A DNA stretch of 64,000 bases from an uncultured Methanosarcinaceae archaeon (GTDB lineage Archaea > Halobacteriota > Methanosarcinia > Methanosarcinales > Methanosarcinaceae), in the NCBI GenBank assembly GCA_963847185.1, contig CAWJYV010000010.1:672001-736000 (forward strand), given 5' to 3'. The translations under genes were made by a program, and so were the position numbers. Below the pieces are notes generated by a model. It was given only the letters and a program-made list of their open reading frames with translations, ran no database searches and had not been told where the DNA came from. Within the stretch, counting starts at the first letter, position 1, and each line of letters opens with the position of its first letter. This document shows, piece by piece, positions 1-10,051 of this stretch.

Positions 1-681
1 TATACTTTCAGGTTCGGAGTATCTTTCAATTTTGCAGGGTTTGGAATCAGGTAGGAAGAATATCACGACAAGAGCCCCTATAACTGAAATTACAAGGGCT
101 GCAGACACAGGGAGAAGTTCACCGTAAACAGTTGCCCCGAGGAGACCTGCAAGGGCAGGGCCGACTACATATCCAAGATTGGAGGCAACAGACATCCTTC
201 CATAGTTTTTGTTTCTATCCTCTTCGGATGTCAGGTCTGCAAGATACGCGTTTGCCACAGATATGTTTCCTCCTGTAGCCCCATCAAGAGCTCTGCCACA
301 GAAAAGCGCAAACAGAGGAAGGGTGACTGTAAATGTACCAAGAAATTCGGAGTTAACTTCTATTAAAGGGATTATCGGCAGGAAGAGCGCGGAAAGAAAG
401 ATTATCCATCCAATAACGGTCCCAATCTGGCTCAATAACAGAATTTTTTTCCTCCCATAAAGGTCAGACCAGCGCCCCAGAACAGGAGCTCCGATGAGCT
501 GGAAGAAAGGATAAGTGGAAGTCAGCAGGCCGTAGATAAGTGCATTTCCTTTGTAGTCAGTCACGAGAAATACGAGAAAAGTGAGGATAACCCCGAATCC
601 CAGGGTTCCTATGAATGTGATCGTATATAAGGGAAAAAGTGCCTTCCCTTCTACAGATGAGGATTCTGAATCCCGAATCAT
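1..681 (-). CDS. MFS transporter (TetA/DHA1-like), 3' end outside window
   Basis: Manual translation from ATG at 681: MIRDSESSSVEGKALFPLYTITFIGTLGFGVIL...GAPVLGRWSDLYGRKKILLLS; contains MFS motif A (GxxSDxxGRK). Absent from ORF track because it runs off the edge. Confidence 0.85.
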   Translation of the reverse strand, partial: MIRDSESSSVEGKALFPLYTITFIGTLGFGVILTFLVFLVTDYKGNALIYGLLTSTYPFFQLIGAPVLGRWSDLYGRKKILLLSQIGTVIGWIIFLSALFLPIIPLIEVNSEFLGTFTVTLPLFALFCGRALDGATGGNISVANAYLADLTSEEDRNKNYGRMSVASNLGYVVGPALAGLLGATVYGELLPVSAALVISVIGALVVIFFLPDSKPCKIERYSEPESI

Positions 682-1394
682 CCATAGATAGTATGTTTAC
701 TTCATGCCTTATAGTATTTCATATCTAAATTTTCGAGTTTCGATGTGGCTTCTTTCGGAGTAAATGAATGCTATTCTTTCATTTCTCTATGAAAAATACC
801 GCTAAACACAGGCCAAGAGTCACTTTCCCGGTGTTGTTTCCAGAATGCCTTTTTCTGGAAAGGTTCTAAACTCTTCTCATTTGTATCCCATGTCGAGACT
901 TAAACGTGAGGTCAAGCTAAGTCTTTAGACAATATCTAAAATCTGGACATTCTGTACTTAAGAACAGCTCATTAAGAGGTTTTTATGTTATTTGGGAGCT
1001 GTATGAGGAACTAATTAACGCCTGAAATGATTCTTTTTGCTTTATTCGCATTCTAGCCGCTTTCAGAGATTTTATAAAGAATAAAAAGATGAATAATACG
1101 TGAAAACTACCTTTTGCTTTTCTCGGAGACTTTTTAATTGATATAGGAGTTTATATACTGATTTATTTAAATTTGGAGTTTCCATCATCTATTATCAAGG
1201 TAAATAAAGTATTATCAAGTTTTAAACCCTTTACGCATAGCAATATTCAGGACTGTTATAAAAAGTATACTTATATTCTAATTTTACAATATGAGTTTAG
1301 TCCCAGGTTGCTTCCCTTGAAATAAAGCAAAAGTCGGGAGCAATATACGGGAAATTAAAAGATCTTTAAATTTGAAGGAATAAAGATCTCTCTA

Positions 1395-1780
1395 AAAAAT
1401 AAGAAGGAAACTTCGAAAAACGAGGAACAAACACGGAGAAAATTGAACACTAGTACGTTCAGTGTACGAAAGTTGCGATATCTGCTCTTTCAATTAAGTC
1501 TCTGTTCCTTCCGGAGATGCTGTGGCAGAAATCGCTACCAGATCCCGTGCAGGCAACCTGCATTATGCCTCTGAACAGGTACTGATTCAGAGTAGACGGT
1601 TGCACGACAACAGAAAGCACAGTTGTTGTATTTCTCTGTGATGAATAAAAACCCTGGATAAGCGGTAGAAAGGCGGTGTCTGATACTGAATGAATCGGGG
1701 TTACTACCTTACACAGAAGAATTTTTCAGGTAACACCTGAGGGCGGATCAGATGTTGCCTGAAAGATCTTTCTTATTTTT
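1395..1780 (+). ncRNA. Candidate large multibranched structured RNA
   Basis: No long ORF; ends can pair (AAAAATAAGAAGGA / TCTTTCTTATTTTT) and enclose several hairpins. Confidence 0.45.
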
Positions 1781-2045
1781 GGGTAGATATTTTCGAGATA
1801 GTTATTTCTAGCTTGCTATTTTCTGAATCTATTCTTTAATCATTAATGCTGTTTTTAGTCGTAATTTTATAAGTTGCTATTTGTGGCCGATTTTAAGTGT
1901 TATTCTCTGGGCCTTATTTTCAGTGTTACTTTGGAATTATTAATCTTCGAATCTTAATTCTTTAACTTCTTGTCCTTTACAGATGGATCTCGCAAAATAA
2001 AAGGCCTCGAAATATTCTTTATTCCAGAGTATTATTCGGTTATAT

Positions 2046-2717
2046 ATGTCAGTAATATATTGGAAGAATATTTCCGGAAAGAATATACCTTCAAGCCTGG
2101 ATTTATACCCTGTAATTTATCAGTATTTACAGGATGGATACAAAATTCTCGACATTGGATGCGGTTTTGGCAAGATTAGCCTGAAACTCGCTTCCCTCGG
2201 ATATTCTGTGACAGGGATAGACATTAATCATGAGGCAATAAGGCTTTCAAAAGTAGTTGCAGAGGAGGGAAGTACTTCAGGAAAGGCTGAATTTGCAGTC
2301 GGAAATGCTTCGGTACTTCCTTTTTCTGGAAAAAGTTTTGATCTTGCAGTCATGCAGGCTTTTCTGACCTCTGTACCTGACGCGCAGGAAAGAATAAAAA
2401 TCATAAAGGAAACCTTCAGGGTACTGAAACCCGGAGGCTGTCTCTATCTTGTAGAATTTGGACAGAACTGGCACCTTAAACTTTATAGGAACCGTTATCT
2501 CAGGGATTTCCCAGTTACAAAAGAAGAAGGATCTTTCCTTGCCCATAACCCTGAGACCGGAAAAGTAGAGTATATAGCACATCATTTCTCCGAAAAAGAA
2601 CTTGTACTTCTGATGGTAAATTGCGGGTTTGACATCGACTATTTCAGGATTGAAGAACTCAAAACCAGAACCGGAAATAAAATTAATGGTTTTGTTATCA
2701 TTGCTAAAAGACTTTGA
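2046..2717 (+). CDS. Class I SAM-dependent methyltransferase
   Basis: ILDIGCGFG motif I, GIDI, FDL, LKPGG. Confidence 0.9.
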   Translation: MSVIYWKNISGKNIPSSLDLYPVIYQYLQDGYKILDIGCGFGKISLKLASLGYSVTGIDINHEAIRLSKVVAEEGSTSGKAEFAVGNASVLPFSGKSFDLAVMQAFLTSVPDAQERIKIIKETFRVLKPGGCLYLVEFGQNWHLKLYRNRYLRDFPVTKEEGSFLAHNPETGKVEYIAHHFSEKELVLLMVNCGFDIDYFRIEELKTRTGNKINGFVIIAKRL

Positions 2718-2855
2718 AGTTCCGTGTTTCATCTTCACAGAGCTTATTTTAAGTGTTGGATCTGGGTAAATCTTCAGACTCACATCATTTTCTTCTTTAT
2801 CAGTATCTCCTCATCACTATCTTCCCATCACTATTTTTTCATCACTGTTTTCTCA

Positions 2856-3182
2856 TCAATTTATTCTGTCACTTAGATGAAGTCCAACTACGCCTGCCAC
2901 GACAAAGAATAGGGATGATATTTTAAGTGTGTTTACCGGTTCTTTAAAAAAGAAAATCCCAATAACAGTAATGAGAGCTGTCCCAAGCCCTGCCCATATT
3001 GCATATGCGATACTTACATCTATTCCCTTAAGGGAAAGGGTAAAAAAATAGAAACTGATGGCATAAAATACGAAAATTAAAATGGAAGGAAACAATCTTG
3101 AAAAACCCTCAGAAAGTTTCATGCATGTGGTTCCACAGACTTCAAAAACAATTGCCAGTAAGAGCAGGTAGTAATAATTCAT
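2856..3182 (-). CDS. SMR/DMT small multidrug efflux protein (EmrE/QacE family)
   Basis: 108 aa, 4 TM segments, conserved Glu in TM1 (AIVFEV), MKLSEGF, AYAIWAGLG. Confidence 0.9.
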   Translation of the reverse strand: MNYYYLLLLAIVFEVCGTTCMKLSEGFSRLFPSILIFVFYAISFYFFTLSLKGIDVSIAYAIWAGLGTALITVIGIFFFKEPVNTLKISSLFFVVAGVVGLHLSDRIN

Positions 3183-3404
3183 TAATCCACTGTTTATTTC
3201 TCCATCTATTAATTAGTTATTTTTTATTAAATTCTTCAACGATCTATTCTTGCAAAATTATATTTTTTTGATAATAGGCCAAAAAATGGTCACAATTAAA
3301 GTATCATACTTATTTTCTCCAGTTAAAACAGCCGCTGAAGCCTGTAAATTATTTTTTTCATTTTGTAATTTCTGTTCTTATGTATACTGCACATCCTAGA
3401 TACA

Positions 3405-3564
3405 TTTATATAGTATGAGAGCTTGGGTCATATTAGCAGTAAAAATAAAGAGCCATATAATCTGTTATTAAAAACCTCATTTTTGTTTTTAATAAAAGAG
3501 CGTATAGATCTTATTTTTATAGCAGCCTAAATGTATATCCGCTATAAGCGGAGGTGAAACAAAA
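3405..3564 (+). promoter_or_regulatory. TATA box plus conserved structured leader, copy 1
   Basis: TTTATATA at 3405; stem TTATTAAAAAC/GTTTTTAATAA; hairpin TCCGCT-ATA-AGCGGA overlapping SD GGAGGTGA. Confidence 0.7.
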
Positions 3565-3789
3565 GTGAGTTTTAGTGACAGAGGAGGGCATTCCTTCAGA
3601 GGAAGAGATAGCAATCGGGGAAGTAGAGACAACAACCGTGGTGGTTTCAGAGGCGGCAGCAGCGGACCCAAAGAAATGTACCCAGCGGTTTGTTCTGACT
3701 GTGGCGTTGAGACCCAGGTTCCATTCAAGCCAGCTGAAGGAAGACCTGTTTACTGCAGAGACTGTCTCCCAAAACACAGAAAATTCTAA
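3565..3789 (+). CDS. CxxC-x17-CxxC domain protein with RGG-rich N-terminus, copy 1
   Basis: CSDC...VPFKP..GRPVYCRDC; SD GGAGGTGA; GTG start. Confidence 0.92.
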   Translation: MSFSDRGGHSFRGRDSNRGSRDNNRGGFRGGSSGPKEMYPAVCSDCGVETQVPFKPAEGRPVYCRDCLPKHRKF

Positions 3790-3989
3790 TTCCATAAATT
3801 CTGCATCTTCTAAGTTTTAGTGTTATAAATGGAAATCTCTGGAAACAGAATTTCCAAATCCACTTTATTCTAATGCTTATTTAACTCAAACTCTACAATT
3901 GATTTCACCTATGCTCTAGAAGCTGATTTATTACAACAATCTCCCGATTTTGAGGAAGACGCTTTTATCCTTTTGGTTCTCTGGATTAG

Positions 3990-4139
3990 TTATATATAAC
4001 ATAAACAGATTTTTACAATTAGTAAAAATAATAAGACATAATCTGTTATTGAAAACTTCATTTTCGTTTTAAATAATAAATTATCTCTTATCATATTTTT
4101 ATAAATTATTTTATCCGCTATAAGCGGAGGTGAAACAAA
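3990..4139 (+). promoter_or_regulatory. TATA box plus conserved structured leader, copy 2
   Basis: TTATATAT at 3990; same ATAATCTGTTATT..AAAAC and ATCCGCTATAAGCGGAGGTGAAACAAA blocks. Confidence 0.7.
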
Positions 4140-4364
4140 ATGGGTTTTAATGACAGAGGAAACTCCTTCAGGGGAAGAGACAGCAGCCGGGGTGGCAGAG
4201 ACAGCGGCCGTAGTGGTGGTTTCAGAGGCGGTAACAGTGGCCCCAGAGAAATGCACAAGGTTACCTGTTCTGACTGCGGGGTTGAGACTGAAGTTCCGTT
4301 CAAACCAACCGAGGGACGGCCAGTGTACTGCAGAGAATGCCTTCCTAACCACAGAAAATTCTGA
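4140..4364 (+). CDS. CxxC-x17-CxxC domain protein, copy 2
   Basis: CSDC...EVPFKPTEGRPVYCREC; RG-rich N-terminus. Confidence 0.92.
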   Translation: MGFNDRGNSFRGRDSSRGGRDSGRSGGFRGGNSGPREMHKVTCSDCGVETEVPFKPTEGRPVYCRECLPNHRKF

Positions 4365-4568
4365 AATTTAATATCTCACTCGTAAGTGTTGATCTATAAA
4401 TTAATATATCAACACTTGTCCACTTTTATTCATGCTTTTTGTTAAACTTTTTTTCCCCTTCTTTCTACATCGGGCTTTAACCTCGTTTGCAAGAGTGGCA
4501 GCTTCATAACGAAGGTTACAGTAACTCAAGGTAAAAACATTTTTCACGGTATACTGATATGATAAAAC

Positions 4569-4720
4569 TTATATAATGTGATTGTATATGTAGCTCCAGT
4601 AAAATTAAGAGTCATATAATCTGTTATTAAAAACCTCATTTTTGGTTTTAATAAAAGAGCATATAGATCTTATTTTTATAGCGTATTAGGAAATCCGCTA
4701 TAAGCGGAGGTGAAACAAAA
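4569..4720 (+). promoter_or_regulatory. TATA box plus conserved structured leader, copy 3
   Basis: TTATATAA at 4569; 12-bp stem TTATTAAAAACC/GGTTTTTAATAA; SD hairpin. Confidence 0.7.
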
Positions 4721-4924
4721 ATGGGTTTTAATGACAGAGGAAATTCCTTCAGGGGAAGAGACAACAACCGCGGAGGTTTCGGAGGTCCTAAGGAAATGCA
4801 CACTGCAGTCTGCTCTGACTGCGGTGAAGAGACACAGGTACCTTTCAGGCCAGACCCTGACAGACCAGTCTATTGCAGAGAATGCCTTCCTAACCACAGG
4901 AAGCCTAGAGAGAACCGCTATTAA
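4721..4924 (+). CDS. CxxC-x17-CxxC domain protein, copy 3
   Basis: CSDC...QVPFRPDPDRPVYCREC. Confidence 0.92.
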   Translation: MGFNDRGNSFRGRDNNRGGFGGPKEMHTAVCSDCGEETQVPFRPDPDRPVYCRECLPNHRKPRENRY

Positions 4925-5064
4925 CTCTCCTAATTCATTCATAATTTTGCTTGACATATTATGTCCGTTTTGCTGCTTGGGCAGGTCAAACGGACCACTT
5001 CTTTTTATACACTTAATTAAATGCCTATCTCTATTCTATGTTGCTCTGTTTTTTCATGGTAATA

Positions 5065-5217
5065 TTTATATAATCAAACTACTATGTAGGTATAGCTAAA
5101 AATAAAGAGACGTATAATCTGTTATTAAAAACCAGTTTTTGTTTTTAATCAATAAATTATATACAATCTTGTTTTTACCTTTTATCTCTTATCCGCTATA
5201 AGCGGAGGTGAAACAAA
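5065..5217 (+). promoter_or_regulatory. TATA box plus conserved structured leader, copy 4
   Basis: TTTATATA at 5065; same conserved blocks. Confidence 0.7.
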
Positions 5218-5442
5218 ATGGGTTTTAATGACAGAGGAAATTCCTTTAGAGGAAGAGACAGCAGCAGGGGCGGCAGAGACAGCGGCCGTAGTGGCGGTTT
5301 CAGAGGTGGCAACAGTGGCCCCAGAGAAATGCACAAGGTTACCTGTTCTGACTGTGGGGTTGAGACTGAAGTTCCGTTCAAACCAACCGAAGGACGGCCA
5401 GTGTACTGCAGAGAATGCCTTCCTAACCACAGAAGCTTTTAA
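5218..5442 (+). CDS. CxxC-x17-CxxC domain protein, copy 4
   Basis: Identical to copy 2 protein except the penultimate residue (K/S). Confidence 0.92.
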   Translation: MGFNDRGNSFRGRDSSRGGRDSGRSGGFRGGNSGPREMHKVTCSDCGVETEVPFKPTEGRPVYCRECLPNHRSF

Positions 5443-5708
5443 ATATAATATATGATTTGAGTGTTAGTTTCATTTAATCTGGATTAACACTCTCTTCATT
5501 TCACTATTTGTTTTTTATTCCTTGTTTTTCATCTTTGTTTCTGTGAAAGCATTCCGTAGCCAGAACGTAATAAATTAACTCCATATGTTTGGAACAGTAA
5601 ATACGTTTAACGGCAATGATGAAAGAAAAACAATTGGAATGGAATAGAAAACATCTAAAACTAATATTGAGATTATTGAAATAAATTATCAGGATTGGAG
5701 GAATTAAT

Positions 5709-6059
5709 TTGGCTAATTACAGAAGCACTATTAGAAAGAAACAAGTAGGATCCAATAAACCGGTAGGCATGGGGGATACTCCTGAAGTAACGAGGGTGCG
5801 CACTCCTCGAAAGGACAGAAATGAAGTTCTGGCGACGGTCGGAAGCCTCTTAGGTTCAAAAAGAGTTACTCTCCAATGTATGGATGGAGTAGTCCGAATG
5901 GGCAGGATCCCCGGCTCCAAGAATAAGAAAATGTGGATTAGGGAAGGCGATATTGTGATTGCTAACCCGTGGGAAATTCAGGACTCAAAAGCTGATATTA
6001 CATGGAAATATACAAGACCTCAGATCGAATGGCTTGAAAGAAAAGGGTACCTTAATTAA
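5709..6059 (+). CDS. eif1A: Archaeal translation initiation factor aIF-1A
   Basis: RVRTP...LLG..RV...[22 protein letters not shown]...PW...KADI.W.Y; SD GGAGG before TTG. Confidence 0.93.
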   Translation: MANYRSTIRKKQVGSNKPVGMGDTPEVTRVRTPRKDRNEVLATVGSLLGSKRVTLQCMDGVVRMGRIPGSKNKKMWIREGDIVIANPWEIQDSKADITWKYTRPQIEWLERKGYLN

Positions 6060-6176
6060 GTATTTAAGTTAATTAAATAAATTAAGGTAATTAGTGATTA
6101 AATAATTTGATAATTTGATAACTGAATAATTAGATGGTTAAAATTAAGGTACTTAAGATTTCTTTTATTAAATAAG

Positions 6177-6345
6177 TTATAATAGCTTTTCAATTTTGAG
6201 CAGTCTATCAGCTTCTTCTTTGCTCAAAATTCCTTTCATTAATATAGCTTCTTTAACAGGTATTTTCTTCTTAAGCACTTCTTTCGCGATTTCTGTTGCT
6301 TTAAGGTGCCCTATTTTAGGAGCAAGGGTGGTTACCGAGCAGGAC
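6177..6345 (-). pseudogene. C-terminal remnant of class II fumarase/aspartate ammonia-lyase
   Basis: SVTTLAPKIGHLKATEIAKEVLKKKIPVKEAILMKGILSKEEADRLL matches the family C-terminal domain; rest of the gene is absent. Confidence 0.7.
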
Positions 6346-6949
6346 TTAGTTAATCCTGCATTCGGAAGGTTAACGCAGTTAGAGCCCACATTCCGCAGTA
6401 TTTTTTGAAAATCACTATTTTTTCCGATAGCGTTTTTGGAACATCTCAAAATAATCTAAAATCAAAATGAAACTCGATGAAAATTGAATGCTATCGTTTT
6501 TTGGCCTCTAATTCATACATACCCACCTTTAATTCCTGCACAAAAATCCAATAAATTTACGTTAAATTGAAAATCGATAGCATTAAACACTATTAAAATA
6601 TGAAATTTTACTGCGGAAAGTGGGTTAGAGATATATATTTTCACATAAAGCAGAGTACATGCTACCGCCAGCCAATTTCCAAACTTCACCTATCCCACTT
6701 AAAACCTTTGAGACTAATTATCAGAAACCAGAATCAAACCGATTGTAATCAGGTATGCGCTCATAGATTTGACTTAATTGCAAAGCAGTCATATTATTTC
6801 TTGAAATCAACCCATGTAAGAATTTTTTTAAAATTTAATTTTGGAGTTGCGAAAACAATCGCATAAACGAGTTAGATGCAAAAATAGCGCGCAAGAATGG
6901 AGGAAAAACTCTATCATATGTAACCCCGTAAAGTTTTCGAAACAATCCC

Positions 6950-7398
6950 TTGACATGTCAAACTTGTTGCAGTAGACTCAACCACGAAGATCCTGATATT
7001 ATATTGAAATCGCATAGTTACTCTACGGACAAGCAGACTTTTTTCATCTTGGAAGCTGTCACTCAATATCTAACAGTGAAAAGCATTAAGGCAACGTTTG
7101 ATTTTCTGGCTAAGGCTGCACCTGGTAGCCGTCTTGTTTTCACATATGTTCGCAAGGACTTTCTCGATGGTCGAGTCATGTATGGCTGGGAGAAGTTCTA
7201 CAAAAAGCACGTGGTAAAAGATAAGATCTGGCTTTTCGGGATGAATCCGGATAAGTTGCCTAGCTTTCTAAATGAGTACGGCTGACAGGCAATCGAGGAC
7301 GTGGGTTACGATGAACTGGCTAAGAATATATTAAACCTACTGGTCGGACATTTGCTTCAACACCAATAGAAAGAATGGTTTATGCGGAAAAACTATAA
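6950..7398 (+). pseudogene. 3' remnant of SAM-dependent (LCM-type) methyltransferase
   Basis: TFFILEAVTQYL...APGSRLVFTY; premature TGA at 7283-7285, coding-like sequence continues to about 7398; no N-terminal half. Confidence 0.6.
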
Positions 7399-7715
7399 GA
7401 GCTTTTTAAGGCAAAGATGATCAATATTTGTCTGGCTAGAAGACTGCGTTGAAAATTCTGTAAGTATCTTGTTTCAAAGAGCTTCCGGGCATAAATACAT
7501 CGCTTGCGAGAACTTTAATATAGTTTCAACCGTGTTATAGTAAGGGGGATCTCATTCTAAAACTCAATATTTGATTATTTGAATCTCATATTTTGAATGA
7601 CCAATCAGGTACTTTGAATGACCAATCAAGTTTCTGACCATGAAACAATCTGAAACTTATGGTTAGAATAAATGGGTTTAAGGAGATTCTAACATAAATA
7701 AAGGAGAAGTTAAAT

Positions 7716-7973
7716 ATGTGTCATGAAATGTCCTCGGAACACTCTGATGAGTGCTGTTGCTCTGAATACTCTGAAACGTGCTGTTGCTCTGAACAGGGAT
7801 TCTTAGAAAACCTGACTGACGACCAGAAAAAGAAAATTATGATAATGCAAATAGACATGAAAATCCACGGGATGGAGCAGAAAATAAAGCATATGGAAGG
7901 CGCAATTGAAGGAAAGAAAAAGATGATAGCCAACATGAGGCAGATACAGGAAATGCTTAAACAGAATAAATAA
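7716..7973 (+). CDS. Small Cys-rich/coiled-coil hypothetical protein
   Basis: SD AGGAG; two CCCSE repeats then Met/Lys-rich helix. Confidence 0.7.
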   Translation: MCHEMSSEHSDECCCSEYSETCCCSEQGFLENLTDDQKKKIMIMQIDMKIHGMEQKIKHMEGAIEGKKKMIANMRQIQEMLKQNK

Positions 7974-8207
7974 GTTACTCAGAAGCAATAGAATTGTCAC
8001 TATCCAAATATTCTCTACTTTTTATAAAAACGAAACTTACTTTTTCGAATAATTTTCTGGATCCCTGCTAATAAATTACAGTATATCGTTTTGGTCTTGT
8101 CAATGAGTTATGATCAATTCTAGAAAAGAAGGCACATCTGCCTTATGTATACCATAGATTAAATTTTGAATTAAAATAAGATGGACAAGTTTAGATCATC
8201 TACTAAA

Positions 8208-8279
8208 AACCGCGGAAAACGCAGAATAAAGAGAGCACGGGCACAGAGACCTTCCGCGCGTTCCGCGTTTTCTGCGGTT
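8208..8279. repeat. GC-rich inverted repeat between convergent genes
   Basis: AACCGCGGAAAACGC ... GCGTTTTCTGCGGTT. Confidence 0.5.
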
Positions 8280-8485
8280 ATAGAGTGTAGAGCAAGTTTT
8301 CCGTGCCCATATGTTCTCCTCTTACTCATAGAATCTCAAATATGTTCATTTGGATCCGGTTAACGAATTTTATGCACAACTTCGAATACCATCTATAGTG
8401 ATTTTCCAAAATAATTCCTTTAGATATTGCATAAAAAATAGCATTTTTGAGTTTTGTCTCTTGACCGATGACGAATGGAATACAA

Positions 8486-10051
8486 TTAAACATTCACTTT
8501 GGAATTTTCAGCGGCTGAAAGGTCAGATTTCGCTGTAACCTTTTCCCCTGCTTTTTCTACCGTTTTTTCCACCGTTTTTTCTTCAATCTTTAAAGCTGTT
8601 TCGCCTTTTTCCTCATATTTTCTTCCTAGCAACCTGTCCATGACCTTACAGGTTACTAGATCTCCTGCAACGTTTACTGCAGTCCTGCACATATCAAGAA
8701 TTCTATCAACTCCCATAATAAGAGCTATCCCGCTTGTAGGGATTCCAACACTATTGAGGATCATAGCAAGAACAATAATCCCTACACCAGGAATTGAGGG
8801 AGTTCCTATAGAAGCCCCAACTGCCATAACCATAACCATCAGAAGCTGAAAAGGTCCAAGGTGTACTCCAAATACTTCGGCCAGGAAAACAGTAGCTACT
8901 CCCTGATAGAGGGCAGTTCCGTTCATATTGACTGTTGCTCCAAGAGGAATTACGAATTGAGAAATAGAGGGCCTTACACCCAGGTTTTCCTGTGCTGTTT
9001 TGAGAGTAAGGGGCATAACTGCAGCAGAACTTGAGGTTGAAAAAGCAAGAAGCAGAACATCACGGATAGCCTTCAGGAAGTCAAAGGGATTGGATCTGGC
9101 AACAAAAAAAACGATAAGGAGATTCAGACCCATCATAAGAGCAAGACTTACAAGCACTGTGGCTACATATACAACCATTCCCATCAGGGCATCGACACCG
9201 AGTTTAATGGTAAATTTGGTAAGTAGTCCAAAAACTGCAACCGGGGCAAGTGACATGCTCCATTTGACTACAGTCATGCAGATAGACTGTACAGAATTCA
9301 GGAAGCTAACCATAGGAGTTGACTGTTCTTTATCCAGAGAAACAAGGGCAACACCTATAACCACTGCAAGAAAGACAACCTGCAGCATCTCTCCACTAAC
9401 CATAGCCCCAAAGGGATTGGAGGGAAAGATATTTCCCACTAGCAGAGAGGGAAAATCCAGAGCTGAAGGGTCGAAACTTAGAGCTGTAGTTACAGGCTGT
9501 GCCTTCACTCCAAGAGCGCTTTCAACAAGGTCCCCACTAATAAATCTCCCGGGATGAATATAGAGCGCCATCTTCAGCCCTATAGCAGTTGCAATTGCGG
9601 TCGTTATTAAAAAGTAAACTGCAGTAAAAAGCCCTGTCTTTTTAAGTTCATTCATGCTCTGTGAAGCAACCCCAAGAATAATTGAGGCAAAAACAAGAGG
9701 GACAACAATCATCTTCAAGAGCGCGAGAAAAATGTAACCAGGAAGAGCAATCCATTCTCCTATTATTTCTGCAGAAGCCGGGTTAACGTATCCTCCAAGA
9801 GGCCCTAGAAAAAGCCCTAGAACTATCCCAAGACCCATGCTTATCAGGATTTTCAGCCAGAGTTTCTTTTCAAGAAGGTCGTGTAGATTGCGACTCAAGT
9901 CTTTAAGATAATTATTGCGTCTTAAATCCAGAGGGGAATAGATTCGAGTAATTCCTTCTGAAATCTCATGACCAAGTACCTTCGTTTCCTCAGCGAGTTC
10001 ATGCGTGAATTTTTTGGGGTCAGGAATGAAATGGTTGTTTCGGGCTTTCAT
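8486..10051 (-). CDS. Dicarboxylate/amino acid:cation symporter (DAACS, GltP-like)
   Basis: LLKMIVVPLVF, AFSTSSSAA, PLGATVNMNGTA, GVDRILDMCRT. Confidence 0.95.
   Translation of the reverse strand: MKARNNHFIPDPKKFTHELAEETKVLGHEISEGITRIYSPLDLRRNNYLKDLSRNLHDLLEKKLWLKILISMGLGIVLGLFLGPLGGYVNPASAEIIGEWIALPGYIFLALLKMIVVPLVFASIILGVASQSMNELKKTGLFTAVYFLITTAIATAIGLKMALYIHPGRFISGDLVESALGVKAQPVTTALSFDPSALDFPSLLVGNIFPSNPFGAMVSGEMLQVVFLAVVIGVALVSLDKEQSTPMVSFLNSVQSICMTVVKWSMSLAPVAVFGLLTKFTIKLGVDALMGMVVYVATVLVSLALMMGLNLLIVFFVARSNPFDFLKAIRDVLLLAFSTSSSAAVMPLTLKTAQENLGVRPSISQFVIPLGATVNMNGTALYQGVATVFLAEVFGVHLGPFQLLMVMVMAVGASIGTPSIPGVGIIVLAMILNSVGIPTSGIALIMGVDRILDMCRTAVNVAGDLVTCKVMDRLLGRKYEEKGETALKIEEKTVEKTVEKAGEKVTAKSDLSAAENSKVNV

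Noticed and set aside
1395-1780. RNase P RNA, SRP RNA or group II intron
   Set aside because: No P4 consensus pair, no SRP helix 8 motif, no domain V AGC/CGC hairpin found by eye
3489-5455. Antisense and alternate-frame ORFs over the zinc-ribbon genes
   Set aside because: They recur only because the sense genes are paralogous; SD and motifs support the + frame
8499-9557. Long antisense ORFs in the DAACS gene (similar ones in thrS, cheBR, helicases)
   Set aside because: Shadow ORFs of well-supported genes
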